The notes beneath the pieces are model-generated. The model was not told the DNA's origin. It saw only the letters and a program-made list of their open reading frames with translations, and searched no databases. Both the position numbers and the translations under genes were made by a program. Shown piece after piece: positions 18,902 to 30,011 of a DNA stretch of 64,000 nt. Each line of letters begins with the position of its first letter. Positions within the stretch are counted from its first letter, which is position 1. Source of the DNA: Mariniflexile sp. (GTDB lineage: Bacteria > Bacteroidota > Bacteroidia > Flavobacteriales > Flavobacteriaceae); contig JBNMNO010000002.1 of the NCBI GenBank assembly GCA_051275695.1, forward strand, positions 38 through 64,037. The letters run 5' to 3'.

Positions 18902-21550
18902 TTAATTTAATACCTCAAATTTTATTTTTTGCACATCTATAGAATTTCCGCCAACCATTACTTCAAATTCTCCGGGTTCAACAACGTGTTTCATATCTCT
19001 GTTCCAAATAGCGAGTTCTTCAGAAGTTAATACAAATTCTACACTCTTTGTTTCCCCTTTTTTAATAAATACTCTTTTAAATCCTTTCAATGTTTTTTTT
19101 GGTGTTGTTACGCTACTATAAATATCATTTATATATAACTGCACAACTTCATCTCCATCATAATCGCCTATATTTTTAACATCAATACTTACATTAATTT
19201 CATCATCAATATTAATTTTATCAGCACTTATTAAAAGATTTGAATATTCAAATTTTGTATAACTTAAACCAAATCCAAAAGTATATAAAGGGTTTTCACT
19301 TTCACTAACATACCTGTGAATTGCCGAAGGCTTTTGGTTGTAGTAAATAGGTAACTGCCCAACAGACTTTGGAAAAGTAATAGGAAGTCTTCCTGCCGGG
19401 TTGTAATTTCCAAACAAAACATCTGCAACAGCTTTTCCGCCAGCTTCCCCCGGAAACCAAGCTTCTAAAATAGCCGGTATATGATCATTTATCCAATTAA
19501 TTGAGAGCGGACGACCATTTAATAAAACACAAATTACAGGAGTTCCTGTTTTTTGAATTGCTTTAATAAGTTCTTCTTGCATTCCATGTAAATCTAATGT
19601 TGCTACATCTCTATTTTCTTCTACCAATTCTTTAGATTCACCCAAGACTAGAATGGCTATATCTGCCTTTTTTGCAATATCTATAGCTGGTTGAAAATTT
19701 ACTTTTTCTAAATTCCAGCGTAAATGAGCTCTTGCTCCCCAACCTCCTTCCCACATTTCTATGCGAATTTTATATTTTCTTCCAGCTTCAATATTCATTG
19801 GTGTTGTTACAATATTGGTTCCTCCTTTTTTCCAATTATCTATAACAAGTTTTTCATCAACCCACATTCGTATACCATCATCCGAACTTAATCCCAACCA
19901 TCCATCAAAAGATTCAATTGCTTTTATAAAACCTGTCCAGCGCATAGAAATCTCATCATCATTTACACCATTCCCTGGCGACCAAGGCCAATCAAATTCC
20001 AACTGTTTATCAATGCGCACTAAAGCCGGATTTCCTTCCAGCTCACGATTGTTGAAATACTCTCCTTTTAGCCCATTTTCCGATTCATCTGGAGTAAGCA
20101 GGCAAGAAGATGGGATTACTTGTCCTTTAACCACCAAAGAAACTCCTTCTTCGTACAATACATTTGTTTCTGAACCAACAACTTGTTTTATACCTTCCAA
20201 AACCGTAGTCGCTACTTTATTCTTTACGGAATATCCTCCCAATCTAGATGCATTTGCATTTGGACCAATTACAGCGATTGTTTTTGTGTTTTTATCTAAT
20301 GGTAATAAGTTATTTTGATTCTTTAATAAACAAACAGATTTAAGGCCTGCTTCTAAGGCTATATCTTGATTTTCTTTTGTATGAAATCGCTCTTCAATTA
20401 AGGTTTTATCTGTATAAGGTTTTTCAAACAATCCAAGTAAAAATTTAAGCCTCAAAACCCCACCCGTAGCGCGATTTATAACCTCCATTGTTAATTTCCC
20501 TTCATCAACAAGTTCTACAAGAGTTTTCTGCCAAAACTCATTTGAAAAATCATAAAACTGCATATCAACTCCTGCAGTTACTGCCTGTCGAATACTCTCT
20601 TTAGGAGAATCGGCTGCATAATGATTTGTTTGAATATATTTTATAGCCCCTAAATCTGAGACTACAATCCCTTTAAAACCCCACTCTTTTCTTAGCACAT
20701 CTGTTAACAGCCATTCATTTGCAGCGCAAGGAATTCCGTCTAATTCAGAATAGGCACACATAGCTCCTAACGCCCCACCTTTAGTATATGCTTTTTCAAA
20801 TACAGGCAAAAAATCTTCACGAGCAGTGCGTTCTCCTACAATTACTGGAGAAGAATTACCTCCACCTTGTGGGTAACTATGAACTGCAAAATGCTTTGGT
20901 TCTGCAATTATTGCTTTATCCGAAGCCAATGTATCTCCTTGCATTCCAGTTATCATTGCCAATCCAATTTCACTTGCTAAATAGGCGTCTTCACTAAATG
21001 TTTCAGCAACTCTTCCCCAACGCGGTTCGCGTCCCACACCAAGCACCGGGCCTAGTCCAAAATGAACTCCATGAGCACGCGCTTCTGTGCCAATCACAGT
21101 TCCAACTTTATTCATTAATGCAGTATCCCAAGTAGCACCAAGTCCTATACTCATTGGAAATGCTGTGCTACCTTCCCCAAAGTATCCATGAAGCATTTCA
21201 CACATAATAAGCGCCGGAATACCCCATCTGTTACTTTTAATTACATTTCCTTGCAAGTCATTTATCATTTTTGCCGAACGAGGATAAATATCATGGATTG
21301 CACCAACTCCAAGATTTCCAATTAGGTCATTTGTTTTAGTTATAGAAAAATTTTCATCATCCTTGAATTCTCCTCCTTTATACATATCCATTTGGCGAAC
21401 TTTTTCTTCCAGACTCATTCTACCTAGTAAATCTTTTACTCTTTCCTCAACAGATAATTTAGAATTTTGATAAGGATATTTTATACTTTGCGCATTTCCC
21501 TGACAAAACACTGCAAAAACAATCCACAAAAACACTGCTAATTTCTTCAT
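18902..21550 (-). CDS. GH3 beta-glycosidase (xylosidase/glucosidase) with PA14 insertion and Fn3-like domain
   Basis: WGRVAETFSED, KHFAVH, the nucleophile motif IVVSDLGA, PA14 (GLKGEYFNN...SDDGIRMWVD) and EVVQLY. Confidence 0.9.
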   Translation of the reverse strand: MKKLAVFLWIVFAVFCQGNAQSIKYPYQNSKLSVEERVKDLLGRMSLEEKVRQMDMYKGGEFKDDENFSITKTNDLIGNLGVGAIHDIYPRSAKMINDLQGNVIKSNRWGIPALIMCEMLHGYFGEGSTAFPMSIGLGATWDTALMNKVGTVIGTEARAHGVHFGLGPVLGVGREPRWGRVAETFSEDAYLASEIGLAMITGMQGDTLASDKAIIAEPKHFAVHSYPQGGGNSSPVIVGERTAREDFLPVFEKAYTKGGALGAMCAYSELDGIPCAANEWLLTDVLRKEWGFKGIVVSDLGAIKYIQTNHYAADSPKESIRQAVTAGVDMQFYDFSNEFWQKTLVELVDEGKLTMEVINRATGGVLRLKFLLGLFEKPYTDKTLIEERFHTKENQDIALEAGLKSVCLLKNQNNLLPLDKNTKTIAVIGPNANASRLGGYSVKNKVATTVLEGIKQVVGSETNVLYEEGVSLVVKGQVIPSSCLLTPDESENGLKGEYFNNRELEGNPALVRIDKQLEFDWPWSPGNGVNDDEISMRWTGFIKAIESFDGWLGLSSDDGIRMWVDEKLVIDNWKKGGTNIVTTPMNIEAGRKYKIRIEMWEGGWGARAHLRWNLEKVNFQPAIDIAKKADIAILVLGESKELVEENRDVATLDLHGMQEELIKAIQKTGTPVICVLLNGRPLSINWINDHIPAILEAWFPGEAGGKAVADVLFGNYNPAGRLPITFPKSVGQLPIYYNQKPSAIHRYVSESENPLYTFGFGLSYTKFEYSNLLISADKINIDDEINVSIDVKNIGDYDGDEVVQLYINDIYSSVTTPKKTLKGFKRVFIKKGETKSVEFVLTSEELAIWNRDMKHVVEPGEFEVMVGGNSIDVQKIKFEVLN

Positions 21551-21617
21551 TGTTACTACTCTAATTTAATAATTTAAACAAATTGACATTTAATTAATTT
21601 TAGGAAATTTCAAAAAC

Positions 21618-22799
21618 CTATTCTTCATATGTAAGATAAGACGATACTAACCAATGATTTAACTTCTCTTCATTTGCTTTTGTTGCTGGTATAGAAATTT
21701 TTAATGCATGTGTTCCCGCTTTTAAAGACCCCAAATCAACAACAAATGGTTTAACATGCGAGCCTGGGCACCAGTTAGATCTTGAAAGATCTGAAGAAGC
21801 AATGCGCTCCTCAATTTCTTTTACTTTATATGTTTTTGTCTCAAAATCTATATATGAAGCCGAATCTTTTTTAAGCCACACACCTGATGTAGGATTGAAT
21901 CGTCTAAAAGAAGCACAATCATCTCGCCAAGGAATAGTGTCTAAAACTAGCTTGTTATCTAAAAAAACACTGTTTTTAATTTTAATAAATTCATCGCCAC
22001 CTTCGTGCCCTCCGTGGCCAGTAGTTGTGTAATATAACTTTACATTTTTAGCATTATTAGGAAATTCAAAAGTTTGTTCTAACGGCACATTCGCAAAAAA
22101 TTCTGGTAAAGATTGGCCGTTAACATACGGAATTGTATTTGCTAATGATTGTACTTTTACTGTTTTTCTTGGACGGTTAGAATATATTAAATCTAAATCA
22201 AATTCATAACCTTCTTTTGTCCAAGTATCAACCCAAACACCAATATAAAAAGTACTCGTAATTAACTTCTTTAAATGAGAGATATCTTGTTCCCAAACTA
22301 CTTGTTTTTCCCAGTTTGGAATGTAAACTGGCTTTCTATGTTTTCCTTCATCATTACTATAATGTCCTACTCCAAAAGGTGTCATAAAACGCAGCAATTC
22401 AATTACAGGTTCGTAATTTTCAGTAGCCAATACACCACTAAATTTTTCATAAATATAAGATGCTTTAGGAAATTCTTTCACTCCTTTTGAAACATCTATA
22501 ATAGAAATTTTATTGAGTTCAGTCACCACAAAACAAGAGCCCGACTTGTCCCAACGGTCACCATTTGAACGTAAAGAAAGTTTTATTTTAACATCAGTTC
22601 CCTTTGGAAAATTTGGTACCGTAAATTTTTTGTAAATCAAACGTCCATCTTGGAGGCGAATAGCTTCAGTATCTATTCCTTTTTCACCTCCAAAATTTAC
22701 GGGTTGCTTCTTAAACACTTTGTAGTTTAATTCTTCTTGGGCAAAAGCATTAAAAACAGCAAGTACTATTAAAATCAGCGCTAAAATCTTTATTTTCAT
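21618..22799 (-). CDS. Peptide-N-glycosidase F-family amidase (PNGase)
   Basis: GDRWDKSGS, ELLRFMTPFG, TTGHGG..GDEF, WRDDCASFRRFNP and SRSNWCPG. Confidence 0.85.
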   Translation of the reverse strand: MKIKILALILIVLAVFNAFAQEELNYKVFKKQPVNFGGEKGIDTEAIRLQDGRLIYKKFTVPNFPKGTDVKIKLSLRSNGDRWDKSGSCFVVTELNKISIIDVSKGVKEFPKASYIYEKFSGVLATENYEPVIELLRFMTPFGVGHYSNDEGKHRKPVYIPNWEKQVVWEQDISHLKKLITSTFYIGVWVDTWTKEGYEFDLDLIYSNRPRKTVKVQSLANTIPYVNGQSLPEFFANVPLEQTFEFPNNAKNVKLYYTTTGHGGHEGGDEFIKIKNSVFLDNKLVLDTIPWRDDCASFRRFNPTSGVWLKKDSASYIDFETKTYKVKEIEERIASSDLSRSNWCPGSHVKPFVVDLGSLKAGTHALKISIPATKANEEKLNHWLVSSYLTYEE

Positions 22800-22858
22800 T
22801 GTAAATAGGGTTTCTTTTTAAGTAGTAATAAACTTCTATTCTAAATTTTTATTGAAAA

Positions 22859-25108
22859 TTATTTTAAAATTATTTGTAAAACTTCGCCATTAACCAAATC
22901 AGAGTGATTAATGAAATAACCTTGATATCTTTTACCTTTCAATTTTATTTGTTTAATGTCTCCTTTATTATTCGCAACTCTTTGTATTACAATTTCCTTT
23001 TGACTATAATATTTAGAATCTAATTGAATGGTGATTTTATCAAACATAGGAGTTGATATGGCATACTTCGGTTCTCCTGGAGAAAGTGGATAAATTCCCA
23101 TCATAGAATACACTAACCAAGCAGACATAGTTCCCGTATCATCGTTACCTGGTATACCGTTCGGCTCATTTTGAAAATATTCTTTAACTAGCGTTTTGAT
23201 TGTTTGCTGTGTTCTCCACTCTTCTCCTTTTATGTAATTAAATAAATATGGATAAGCAATATCAGGCTCATTCGCCATGTCAAATTGATTGTTATCAAAT
23301 ACTTTTTGTAATTGATTTATAAATACTTTATCACTTCCCATTAATTTTATGAGACCTTTTATATCATGAGGAACCATAAACGCATACTGCCAAGCATTTC
23401 CTTCAATAAACCCAATGTTTTCGGTGAAATTAGCACCCGCATCAGGATCAAAAGGTTCATAATAACTACCATCAGTTTTTCGAGGTCGCAATAGATTTAT
23501 ATTTTTATCAAATAATTTTCTATAGGAAATAGATCTCTTTTTAAACCGTTTGTAATCCTCATTTTTACCTAATTCTTTGGCTAATAAAGCAATCGAATAA
23601 TCTGCGGCATTGTATTCTTGTGTTGTAGAAACTGAGCCACTGTTATCAGTAGTTAAATACCCTTTTTCAATATAATCTTTCAATCCTGGACGTAATGGAT
23701 TATTTTCAAGTTGATCTGCACTTTTTAGCATGGCTTCATAAGCCTTTTCAATATCAAAATTTCGAATTCCTTTTAAATAGGTATCCGCAATTACAATACT
23801 CGCAGGGTCACCAACCATTGTAAATGTTTCGGTAGAATTTAGCTCCCACTTTGGCAACCATTTATTTTCATCATACATATCTAACATACTTTTTATCATG
23901 TCAGATTGCTGCTGGGGATACACTAAAGACATTAATTGATGTAAATTTCTGTAGGTATCCCACAAAGAAAATACGGTGTAACGAGTTCCTTCCGTTTTCC
24001 CGATTTTACCTGTTTTTATTTCTGGATATTCACCGTTAAAATCGTTTAAGGTGTTTGGATGAATCAACGTGTGATACAATGCTGTGTAAAATATAATTTT
24101 ATCTTCTTTTGACCCACCTTCAACCTTAATTCTTGAAAGTAAATCGTTCCACTCATTATAAGTTTCTTTGTAAACTGTTTCAAAAGATTTATTCGAAGTT
24201 TCCTTTTCTAAATTTTCACGCGCATTTTCAATACTCACATAGGAAACACCTATTTTTACTTCAATAGTTTCTGTTTTATTGAAATCATATGAAAAATAGG
24301 TTCCAATGCTATCTCCAACAACCATTTTGGTAGCATTCTCCATGAAACGAGTTTTTTCATTATAGCGCATCCATTGCGCTTCTATTCCTTCGTTTTTTGA
24401 AGGTTTTTTCCAGACTCCAAATTTATCTGCTGGCTTTGAAAATTTCGCTACAAAATATACAGGATAAGCCGCTTCAGGACTATTATAACAAAACGACCCA
24501 ACAGTTCTCATTCCTTCAATTTCTTTGGGAGAAACAATTTTCACCAAAGCACCTTCTTCGTTAGTTAGTCCTAAGCCAAGATTTAATAATATGTTTGCTT
24601 TTCCCTTAGGAAATGTAAACTTACTTACGCCCACTCTTTTTGAAGATGTAAACTCCGCTTTTATGTTGTATTTATCAATTACATTGCTGTAATAACCTGT
24701 ACTTGCAACTTCATCAGAATAGGTGGATCCATATTTTAAATGATTTATTTCAAGCTCTCCAGTAGTTGGCATTAATAAAATCACTCCTAAATCTGGACAA
24801 CCTACTCCGCTTAAATTAACCTGACTAAAGCCTGTTAAAAAGGTGTTTTCATGAACATATGGATTCGACAACCAGCGACTATCTTTTTCTAAAGGTAAGT
24901 TTTGAGGACCAGCAACATTAAACGGACTAATACTAGCCATCCCTCTGGGGGCTATTGGTCCAGGATAAGTAGCCCCAAAATTAGAGGTTCCTATAAAGGG
25001 ATTTACATAATCTGCTGGTTCTTGTGCGTAAAACATTGAGCAACTTAAAAACACTAACATGACTAACATTAGTTTTAACCGAATTACTTTATTACTATTT
25101 AAAAACAT
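22859..25108 (-). CDS. GH92 alpha-mannosidase
   Basis: VNPFIGT, LSGVGCPD, FSLWDTYR, EGNAWQY, ANEPD and GNDDTGTMSAW. Confidence 0.92.
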   Translation of the reverse strand: MFLNSNKVIRLKLMLVMLVFLSCSMFYAQEPADYVNPFIGTSNFGATYPGPIAPRGMASISPFNVAGPQNLPLEKDSRWLSNPYVHENTFLTGFSQVNLSGVGCPDLGVILLMPTTGELEINHLKYGSTYSDEVASTGYYSNVIDKYNIKAEFTSSKRVGVSKFTFPKGKANILLNLGLGLTNEEGALVKIVSPKEIEGMRTVGSFCYNSPEAAYPVYFVAKFSKPADKFGVWKKPSKNEGIEAQWMRYNEKTRFMENATKMVVGDSIGTYFSYDFNKTETIEVKIGVSYVSIENARENLEKETSNKSFETVYKETYNEWNDLLSRIKVEGGSKEDKIIFYTALYHTLIHPNTLNDFNGEYPEIKTGKIGKTEGTRYTVFSLWDTYRNLHQLMSLVYPQQQSDMIKSMLDMYDENKWLPKWELNSTETFTMVGDPASIVIADTYLKGIRNFDIEKAYEAMLKSADQLENNPLRPGLKDYIEKGYLTTDNSGSVSTTQEYNAADYSIALLAKELGKNEDYKRFKKRSISYRKLFDKNINLLRPRKTDGSYYEPFDPDAGANFTENIGFIEGNAWQYAFMVPHDIKGLIKLMGSDKVFINQLQKVFDNNQFDMANEPDIAYPYLFNYIKGEEWRTQQTIKTLVKEYFQNEPNGIPGNDDTGTMSAWLVYSMMGIYPLSPGEPKYAISTPMFDKITIQLDSKYYSQKEIVIQRVANNKGDIKQIKLKGKRYQGYFINHSDLVNGEVLQIILK

Positions 25109-25116
25109 AGGTTTAA

Positions 25117-26595
25117 TTATTGATTTATAGCTTCAATTTTTATTGTGTAAGCGTACTTTGATGGCAAATTATTTCTTAAATATTCCGGAATGACAACTTT
25201 AAATCCTTTCGCTAATTTTTCCCATTTCAATGTCTCCTTTGAACCTAACATACTAATTCTAGTACCATTTTGAGGATTGATTGATTTTACAATAACTTCT
25301 GAAGGAATTTGGTTCTCTCCTTCTTCTGCCATATAAAACAAAAACACATTACCTTCTTTATTTTGGGTCATACAGATATTATTTTCTTTAAAAGGGGCTA
25401 TTGGTTTTGTATTGTAAATAGCAGTGCTATTTATTTTCATCCAAACACTATACTCTTCCAATAAATCATATGCTCCTTGCTGCCACTCACCTTCAGGACT
25501 TGGAGCAATATTTAATAATAAATTACCTCCTTTTGCGACTACATCAATTAACATATGAATACCATCTCTTCCTGTCATATATTTTGCGTCTGGTGTGTAA
25601 GACCAGCCTCCACCTGAAATAATACAAGACTCCCAAGGATAAGGTAATGTTTTGTCTGGAACTCTATTTTCTGGTGTTAAGTAATTTTGGTTTTTACCGT
25701 GAACAGCTCTATCAACAACAATTAAACCTGGTTGCTTTTGGCGTACTTTCTCTACTAATTCGTCCATTTTAATATCTTGGTTCACTATAGTGTTTTTAAT
25801 AAACCCTCCATTATTAGTCTTAATTTTATTGGAATAAAAATCATTAATTTCTTCTTGAGATGTTTTTGCAACCCAACCTCCATCTAACCATAAAATGTCC
25901 ACTTTACCATAATCTGTCATTAATTCCATAATTTGATTATGTGTAAACTCAACAAATTTTTGCCATTTTTCAGGATATAATTCCGGATCATAATTTACAT
26001 TTCTACCTAATGGTGGGAAATATGGATCCCAATAATTTTCATGATTCCAATCTGGTTTGGAAAAATAAGCCCCAATCCATAAATTCTCATTTCTAAATGC
26101 GTTAAAAATCTCTTTAGCTATATTAGATTTTGGATTATTACTAAAAGCACACTCTTTATCAGTTACCTTGTAATCGGTATATTTAGAATCAAACATTGAA
26201 AATCCGTCGTGATGTTTTGTTGTAAAGACCATGTACTTCATTCCTGCATTTTTAGCCGCTTTCGACCATTTTTCAGGATTGAATTTTACAGGATTGAACG
26301 TTTTTTTCAGCCCTTCATATTCTTTTTTATATTCAAAATAATTTTCAGAATTTGCTCCTTTTGTTCGTTCACACCATCCATGATCTTCTGGACACAAAGA
26401 CCAAGACTCAACAATTCCCCACTGGCTATAAGTTCCCCAGTGCATTAACAATCCAAACTTTTTACCCTGCCATTCATCTAATTTTTCTAAGACTAGAGAA
26501 TCGGTTTCAGGCACATAACGCTCTTCTTCATAAATGGCTTGAGAAAACATTTTTACAGAAACCATTAATAATCCAGCTAGTATTATTCTGTTCAT
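25117..26595 (-). CDS. GH29 alpha-L-fucosidase
   Basis: KFGLLMHWG, TTKHHDGF, ILWLDGGW, TPE and GGNLLLNIAP. Confidence 0.92.
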   Translation of the reverse strand: MNRIILAGLLMVSVKMFSQAIYEEERYVPETDSLVLEKLDEWQGKKFGLLMHWGTYSQWGIVESWSLCPEDHGWCERTKGANSENYFEYKKEYEGLKKTFNPVKFNPEKWSKAAKNAGMKYMVFTTKHHDGFSMFDSKYTDYKVTDKECAFSNNPKSNIAKEIFNAFRNENLWIGAYFSKPDWNHENYWDPYFPPLGRNVNYDPELYPEKWQKFVEFTHNQIMELMTDYGKVDILWLDGGWVAKTSQEEINDFYSNKIKTNNGGFIKNTIVNQDIKMDELVEKVRQKQPGLIVVDRAVHGKNQNYLTPENRVPDKTLPYPWESCIISGGGWSYTPDAKYMTGRDGIHMLIDVVAKGGNLLLNIAPSPEGEWQQGAYDLLEEYSVWMKINSTAIYNTKPIAPFKENNICMTQNKEGNVFLFYMAEEGENQIPSEVIVKSINPQNGTRISMLGSKETLKWEKLAKGFKVVIPEYLRNNLPSKYAYTIKIEAINQ

Positions 26596-26733
26596 ACTTT
26601 TTATTATTAATCTTTTTTTTAAAAAAATTGTAGTTTGATTAAAACCTTATTTAAAGGTCACACTAATTACATAAGTTTATAAATTTTACTTTTGATTTTC
26701 AAAATAGTAAATTAACCAATCATTTAGTTTTAA

Positions 26734-26766
26734 ATTAGACAGATAACAATCTAACTAAGACTAATG
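26734..26766 (-). promoter_or_regulatory. Box pair upstream of the GH29-GH92-PNGase operon
   Basis: attagacagataacaat at 26734-26750, with a second agac(taa) 21 bp later at 26758. Confidence 0.45.
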
Positions 26767-26830
26767 TAAAATAATTGAACCATAAATGATATTTGGAGTA
26801 GGTTATTTCCACCTCTTATAGAGTCTATAA

Positions 26831-26847
26831 AATGCTATTCGTCGAAT
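26831..26847 (+). promoter_or_regulatory. Box upstream of the sulfatase cassette (inverted orientation)
   Basis: aatgctattcgtcgaat; the reverse complement attcgacgaatagcatt matches the box. The orientation flips with the gene direction. Confidence 0.55.
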
Positions 26848-26956
26848 AAAATACTATAAATAGATATGGTTTTATAAGTTTATTTTTCAAAGTCAAATTA
26901 TGTGAACTGGGTTTATTACTAAAAAACCTCCGTTCTGACTACAAATACATACAAAT

Positions 26957-28786
26957 ATGATTTCTAATAAATATTTTATAATTATATTTTTTGTAACATC
27001 ACTTCTATATAGTCAAAATCAACAAAAACCAAATGTCATTGTTATTTACACAGACGATCAAGGGGCTATAGATTTAGGCTGCTACGGAGCAAAAGATATT
27101 TATTCTCCAAATTTAGATAAACTTGCAAAACAAGGGACACGGTTTACTCAAGCCTATGTTGCGGCACCAGTTTGCGCTCCATCTAGAGCCGCATTACTCA
27201 CAGGAAAATACCCCCAAAATGCAGGTGTTACAGGAAATACTTCTGCTGCACCCGGTTCGCAGGGATTACCAGCGAACCAATATACAATGGCCAAACTTTT
27301 TAAAGAAAACGGTTATAATACCGGTCACATTGGAAAGTGGCATTTAGGAATGAGCGAAGAAAGCAGCCCGAATGCTCAAGGGTTCGACTATTCTTTTGGA
27401 CATTTAAGAGGCTGTATAGATAACTATTCTCACTATTTTTATTGGGAAGGTCCAAACGTACATGATTTATATGAAAACGGGAAAGAAGTGTTTTATGATG
27501 GACACTATTTTCCAGATTTAGCTTCAGATAAAGCACTGCAATATGTTGAAACTCATAAAGAGCAGCCTTTTTTTATGTACTATGCTATAAATATGCCACA
27601 TTACCCTTATCAACCTACAAAAAAATGGAGAGATTATTATAAAAACACCGAAAAACCTAGAGCAGATTATGCTGCTTTTATTTCAACTATAGATGAACGC
27701 ATTGGTTTTTTAATTAATAGGTTAGAAGCCTTAGAAATTCGAGAGAATACTATTATTATATATCAATCAGATAATGGGTATTCTACAGAGATTCGTGCTT
27801 TTGGAGGAGGAGGTAATTCTGGGCCATATAGAGGCGCCAAAGGCAGTCTTTTTGAAGGAGGGATAAGACTTCCAACAATAATAAGTTGGAAAAATAATCT
27901 TCCTGAAAACGTTATAAATAATCAGTTTTTAGTAAATATAGATTGGATGCCTACGCTAGTGGATTTATGCGAATTAAAAACAACTCAACAGAATATTGAT
28001 GGAATGGATCTTTCTTATATGATTAAAAATCCAGGAACCAAATCTCCAAGAACAAGCGCATTTTGGAAATATGGCAATCAATGGGTGGTTAGAAAAGGTA
28101 AATGGAAACTAATTGGATACCCAAAAGACACTTCGCATAAAGGTACATTAGATTTAGAAGATGATGCCTTGTTTCTTTCTGATTTAAGTACAGATGTATC
28201 TGAAATCTATAATCTTGCAAATAAATATCCTGAAATAGTAAAAGAGCTGATTGCTGAATTTATTGCTTGGGAACACGGTTCTGAAAAAGACGTTCCAAAA
28301 AAGCAAAAAGAGATTACTCATCTAGCTATAAAATCGAAGATAATAGCTACAAAAAAATTACATCCTAACTACAAAAATATAACAGCTTTAATTGATGGGA
28401 AAAGAGGATATACAGATTATAGCACAGGACAATGGATAGGTCAAGAAGGTGAAGATTTAGAATTCATAATTGATTTAGAAACAATTCAATCTATTTCTAA
28501 TATTAGTATAGGTTACCTTCATTCACCTTTAAACTGGGTATTTAGTCCAAAATTATTTGAGGTGAGTTTTTCGAATAATGGAAGTTCTTTTTATGCTTCA
28601 AAACAATCTAGTGGTTCCACAAGGATTTCTGAAAGAGAAAGTTTTACAGATTTGTTAAAACTTAACCTTCAACAAAAAAGTAGATATATTAAAATAAATA
28701 TTAAGGGAATTGATAAAATCCCAAAAGGATACTCAGGAGCAGGAAACTCTGGATGGTTTTTTATAGATGAAATCATTATAAAGTAA
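26957..28786 (+). CDS. S1 (Cys-type) sulfatase with C-terminal discoidin-like module
   Basis: IYTDDQG, CAPSRAALLTG, GKWHLG and SDNG. The C-terminus ends WFFIDE. Confidence 0.92.
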   Translation: MISNKYFIIIFFVTSLLYSQNQQKPNVIVIYTDDQGAIDLGCYGAKDIYSPNLDKLAKQGTRFTQAYVAAPVCAPSRAALLTGKYPQNAGVTGNTSAAPGSQGLPANQYTMAKLFKENGYNTGHIGKWHLGMSEESSPNAQGFDYSFGHLRGCIDNYSHYFYWEGPNVHDLYENGKEVFYDGHYFPDLASDKALQYVETHKEQPFFMYYAINMPHYPYQPTKKWRDYYKNTEKPRADYAAFISTIDERIGFLINRLEALEIRENTIIIYQSDNGYSTEIRAFGGGGNSGPYRGAKGSLFEGGIRLPTIISWKNNLPENVINNQFLVNIDWMPTLVDLCELKTTQQNIDGMDLSYMIKNPGTKSPRTSAFWKYGNQWVVRKGKWKLIGYPKDTSHKGTLDLEDDALFLSDLSTDVSEIYNLANKYPEIVKELIAEFIAWEHGSEKDVPKKQKEITHLAIKSKIIATKKLHPNYKNITALIDGKRGYTDYSTGQWIGQEGEDLEFIIDLETIQSISNISIGYLHSPLNWVFSPKLFEVSFSNNGSSFYASKQSSGSTRISERESFTDLLKLNLQQKSRYIKINIKGIDKIPKGYSGAGNSGWFFIDEIIIK

Positions 28787-28791
28787 GAAAA

Positions 28792-29967
28792 ATGAAAAGA
28801 ATAGCATCAATCGATATATTAAGAGCTATGACCATGTTTTTAATGATATGGGTAAATGATTTTTTTACTCTAAAAGGTGTACCAAAGTGGTTAAGTCATG
28901 CATCATCTTTAGAAGATTATTTAGGTTTTTCTGATATTATTTTTCCGCTCTTTTTATTTATTGTTGGATTGAGTATCCCTTTGTCTATTGAATTTAGAAT
29001 TAAAGTAGGTGAAACTATATTTTCAACAGTTAAACATATTATTTCCAGATCTGTTTCTCTCCTTTTAATTGGCGTATTCATGGTAAACTATGAAACGGGT
29101 CATGATTCAAGTATTTTAATTGGAAATCAATATTGGTGTTTTTTAATGGCTTTAGCCGTATTACTTATCTGGATGAACTGGACCAAAAGCCCAATACCTA
29201 AAAAATGGCACAAAATATTGCAAGCTATTGGTATTCTAACCTTAATTTATTTAGCAATAATATATAAGGGAGGGGCTAATGGAACAGATTGGATGACAAC
29301 CCAATGGTGGGGTATTTTAGGGCTGATTGGTTGGGCATATCTTACAAATGCATTGATATATCTTTTAACTAAAGGAAATTTTTATGCAATGATTGCTCTT
29401 CTTTTTACTTTTATGCTATTACAATTATTAAACTTTTCAAAGCTATTACCTCCAGCAAATAATTTCTTAAAGTATTTTTCAACTATTTACAACGGAACCA
29501 TACCGGCTTTTACAACAGCGGGTATTGTTACTACAATACTGTTCAGAAAACTTGAATATCTTGGTGTTAAAATAATTTTTTCCATTTCTTTATTGTTAGG
29601 AATTATTTCTATAGGCTACGGCCTTTTAATGCGCCCTGTTTGGGGTGTTTCTAAAATACAAGGTACTCCAGCTTGGTTAGGAATATGTATAGGAATAGGT
29701 GTCCTTTCATTTGCATTTCTTTATTACATCGCTGATATTAAAAAGAAGGTGAACTGGGCAAAATTTATAGCTCCAGCTGGCACAGCTACTTTAACTTGTT
29801 ATTTAATACCCTATTTTGTGTATCCCATAAGGAATATTACAGGATTAAGACTTCCTGATTTTATGAATTTTGGAGTTCTAGGCTTATTTATCTCATTAAT
29901 TTTTTCACTACTCGTAATATTGTTTACAGGATGGATGGAAAAAAAGGGTTTTAAACTAAAACTGTAA
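28792..29967 (+). CDS. DUF5009 / HGSNAT-like membrane acyltransferase
   Basis: RIASIDILRAMTMFLMIWVN, H..(x7)GFSDIIFPLFLFIVG, WGILGLIG and SK..GTP; multiple TM helices. Confidence 0.75.
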   Translation: MKRIASIDILRAMTMFLMIWVNDFFTLKGVPKWLSHASSLEDYLGFSDIIFPLFLFIVGLSIPLSIEFRIKVGETIFSTVKHIISRSVSLLLIGVFMVNYETGHDSSILIGNQYWCFLMALAVLLIWMNWTKSPIPKKWHKILQAIGILTLIYLAIIYKGGANGTDWMTTQWWGILGLIGWAYLTNALIYLLTKGNFYAMIALLFTFMLLQLLNFSKLLPPANNFLKYFSTIYNGTIPAFTTAGIVTTILFRKLEYLGVKIIFSISLLLGIISIGYGLLMRPVWGVSKIQGTPAWLGICIGIGVLSFAFLYYIADIKKKVNWAKFIAPAGTATLTCYLIPYFVYPIRNITGLRLPDFMNFGVLGLFISLIFSLLVILFTGWMEKKGFKLKL

Positions 29968-30011
29968 TTACCATTTCAATAAGTCGAATCCATATAAAAT
30001 TAAAATAAAGT

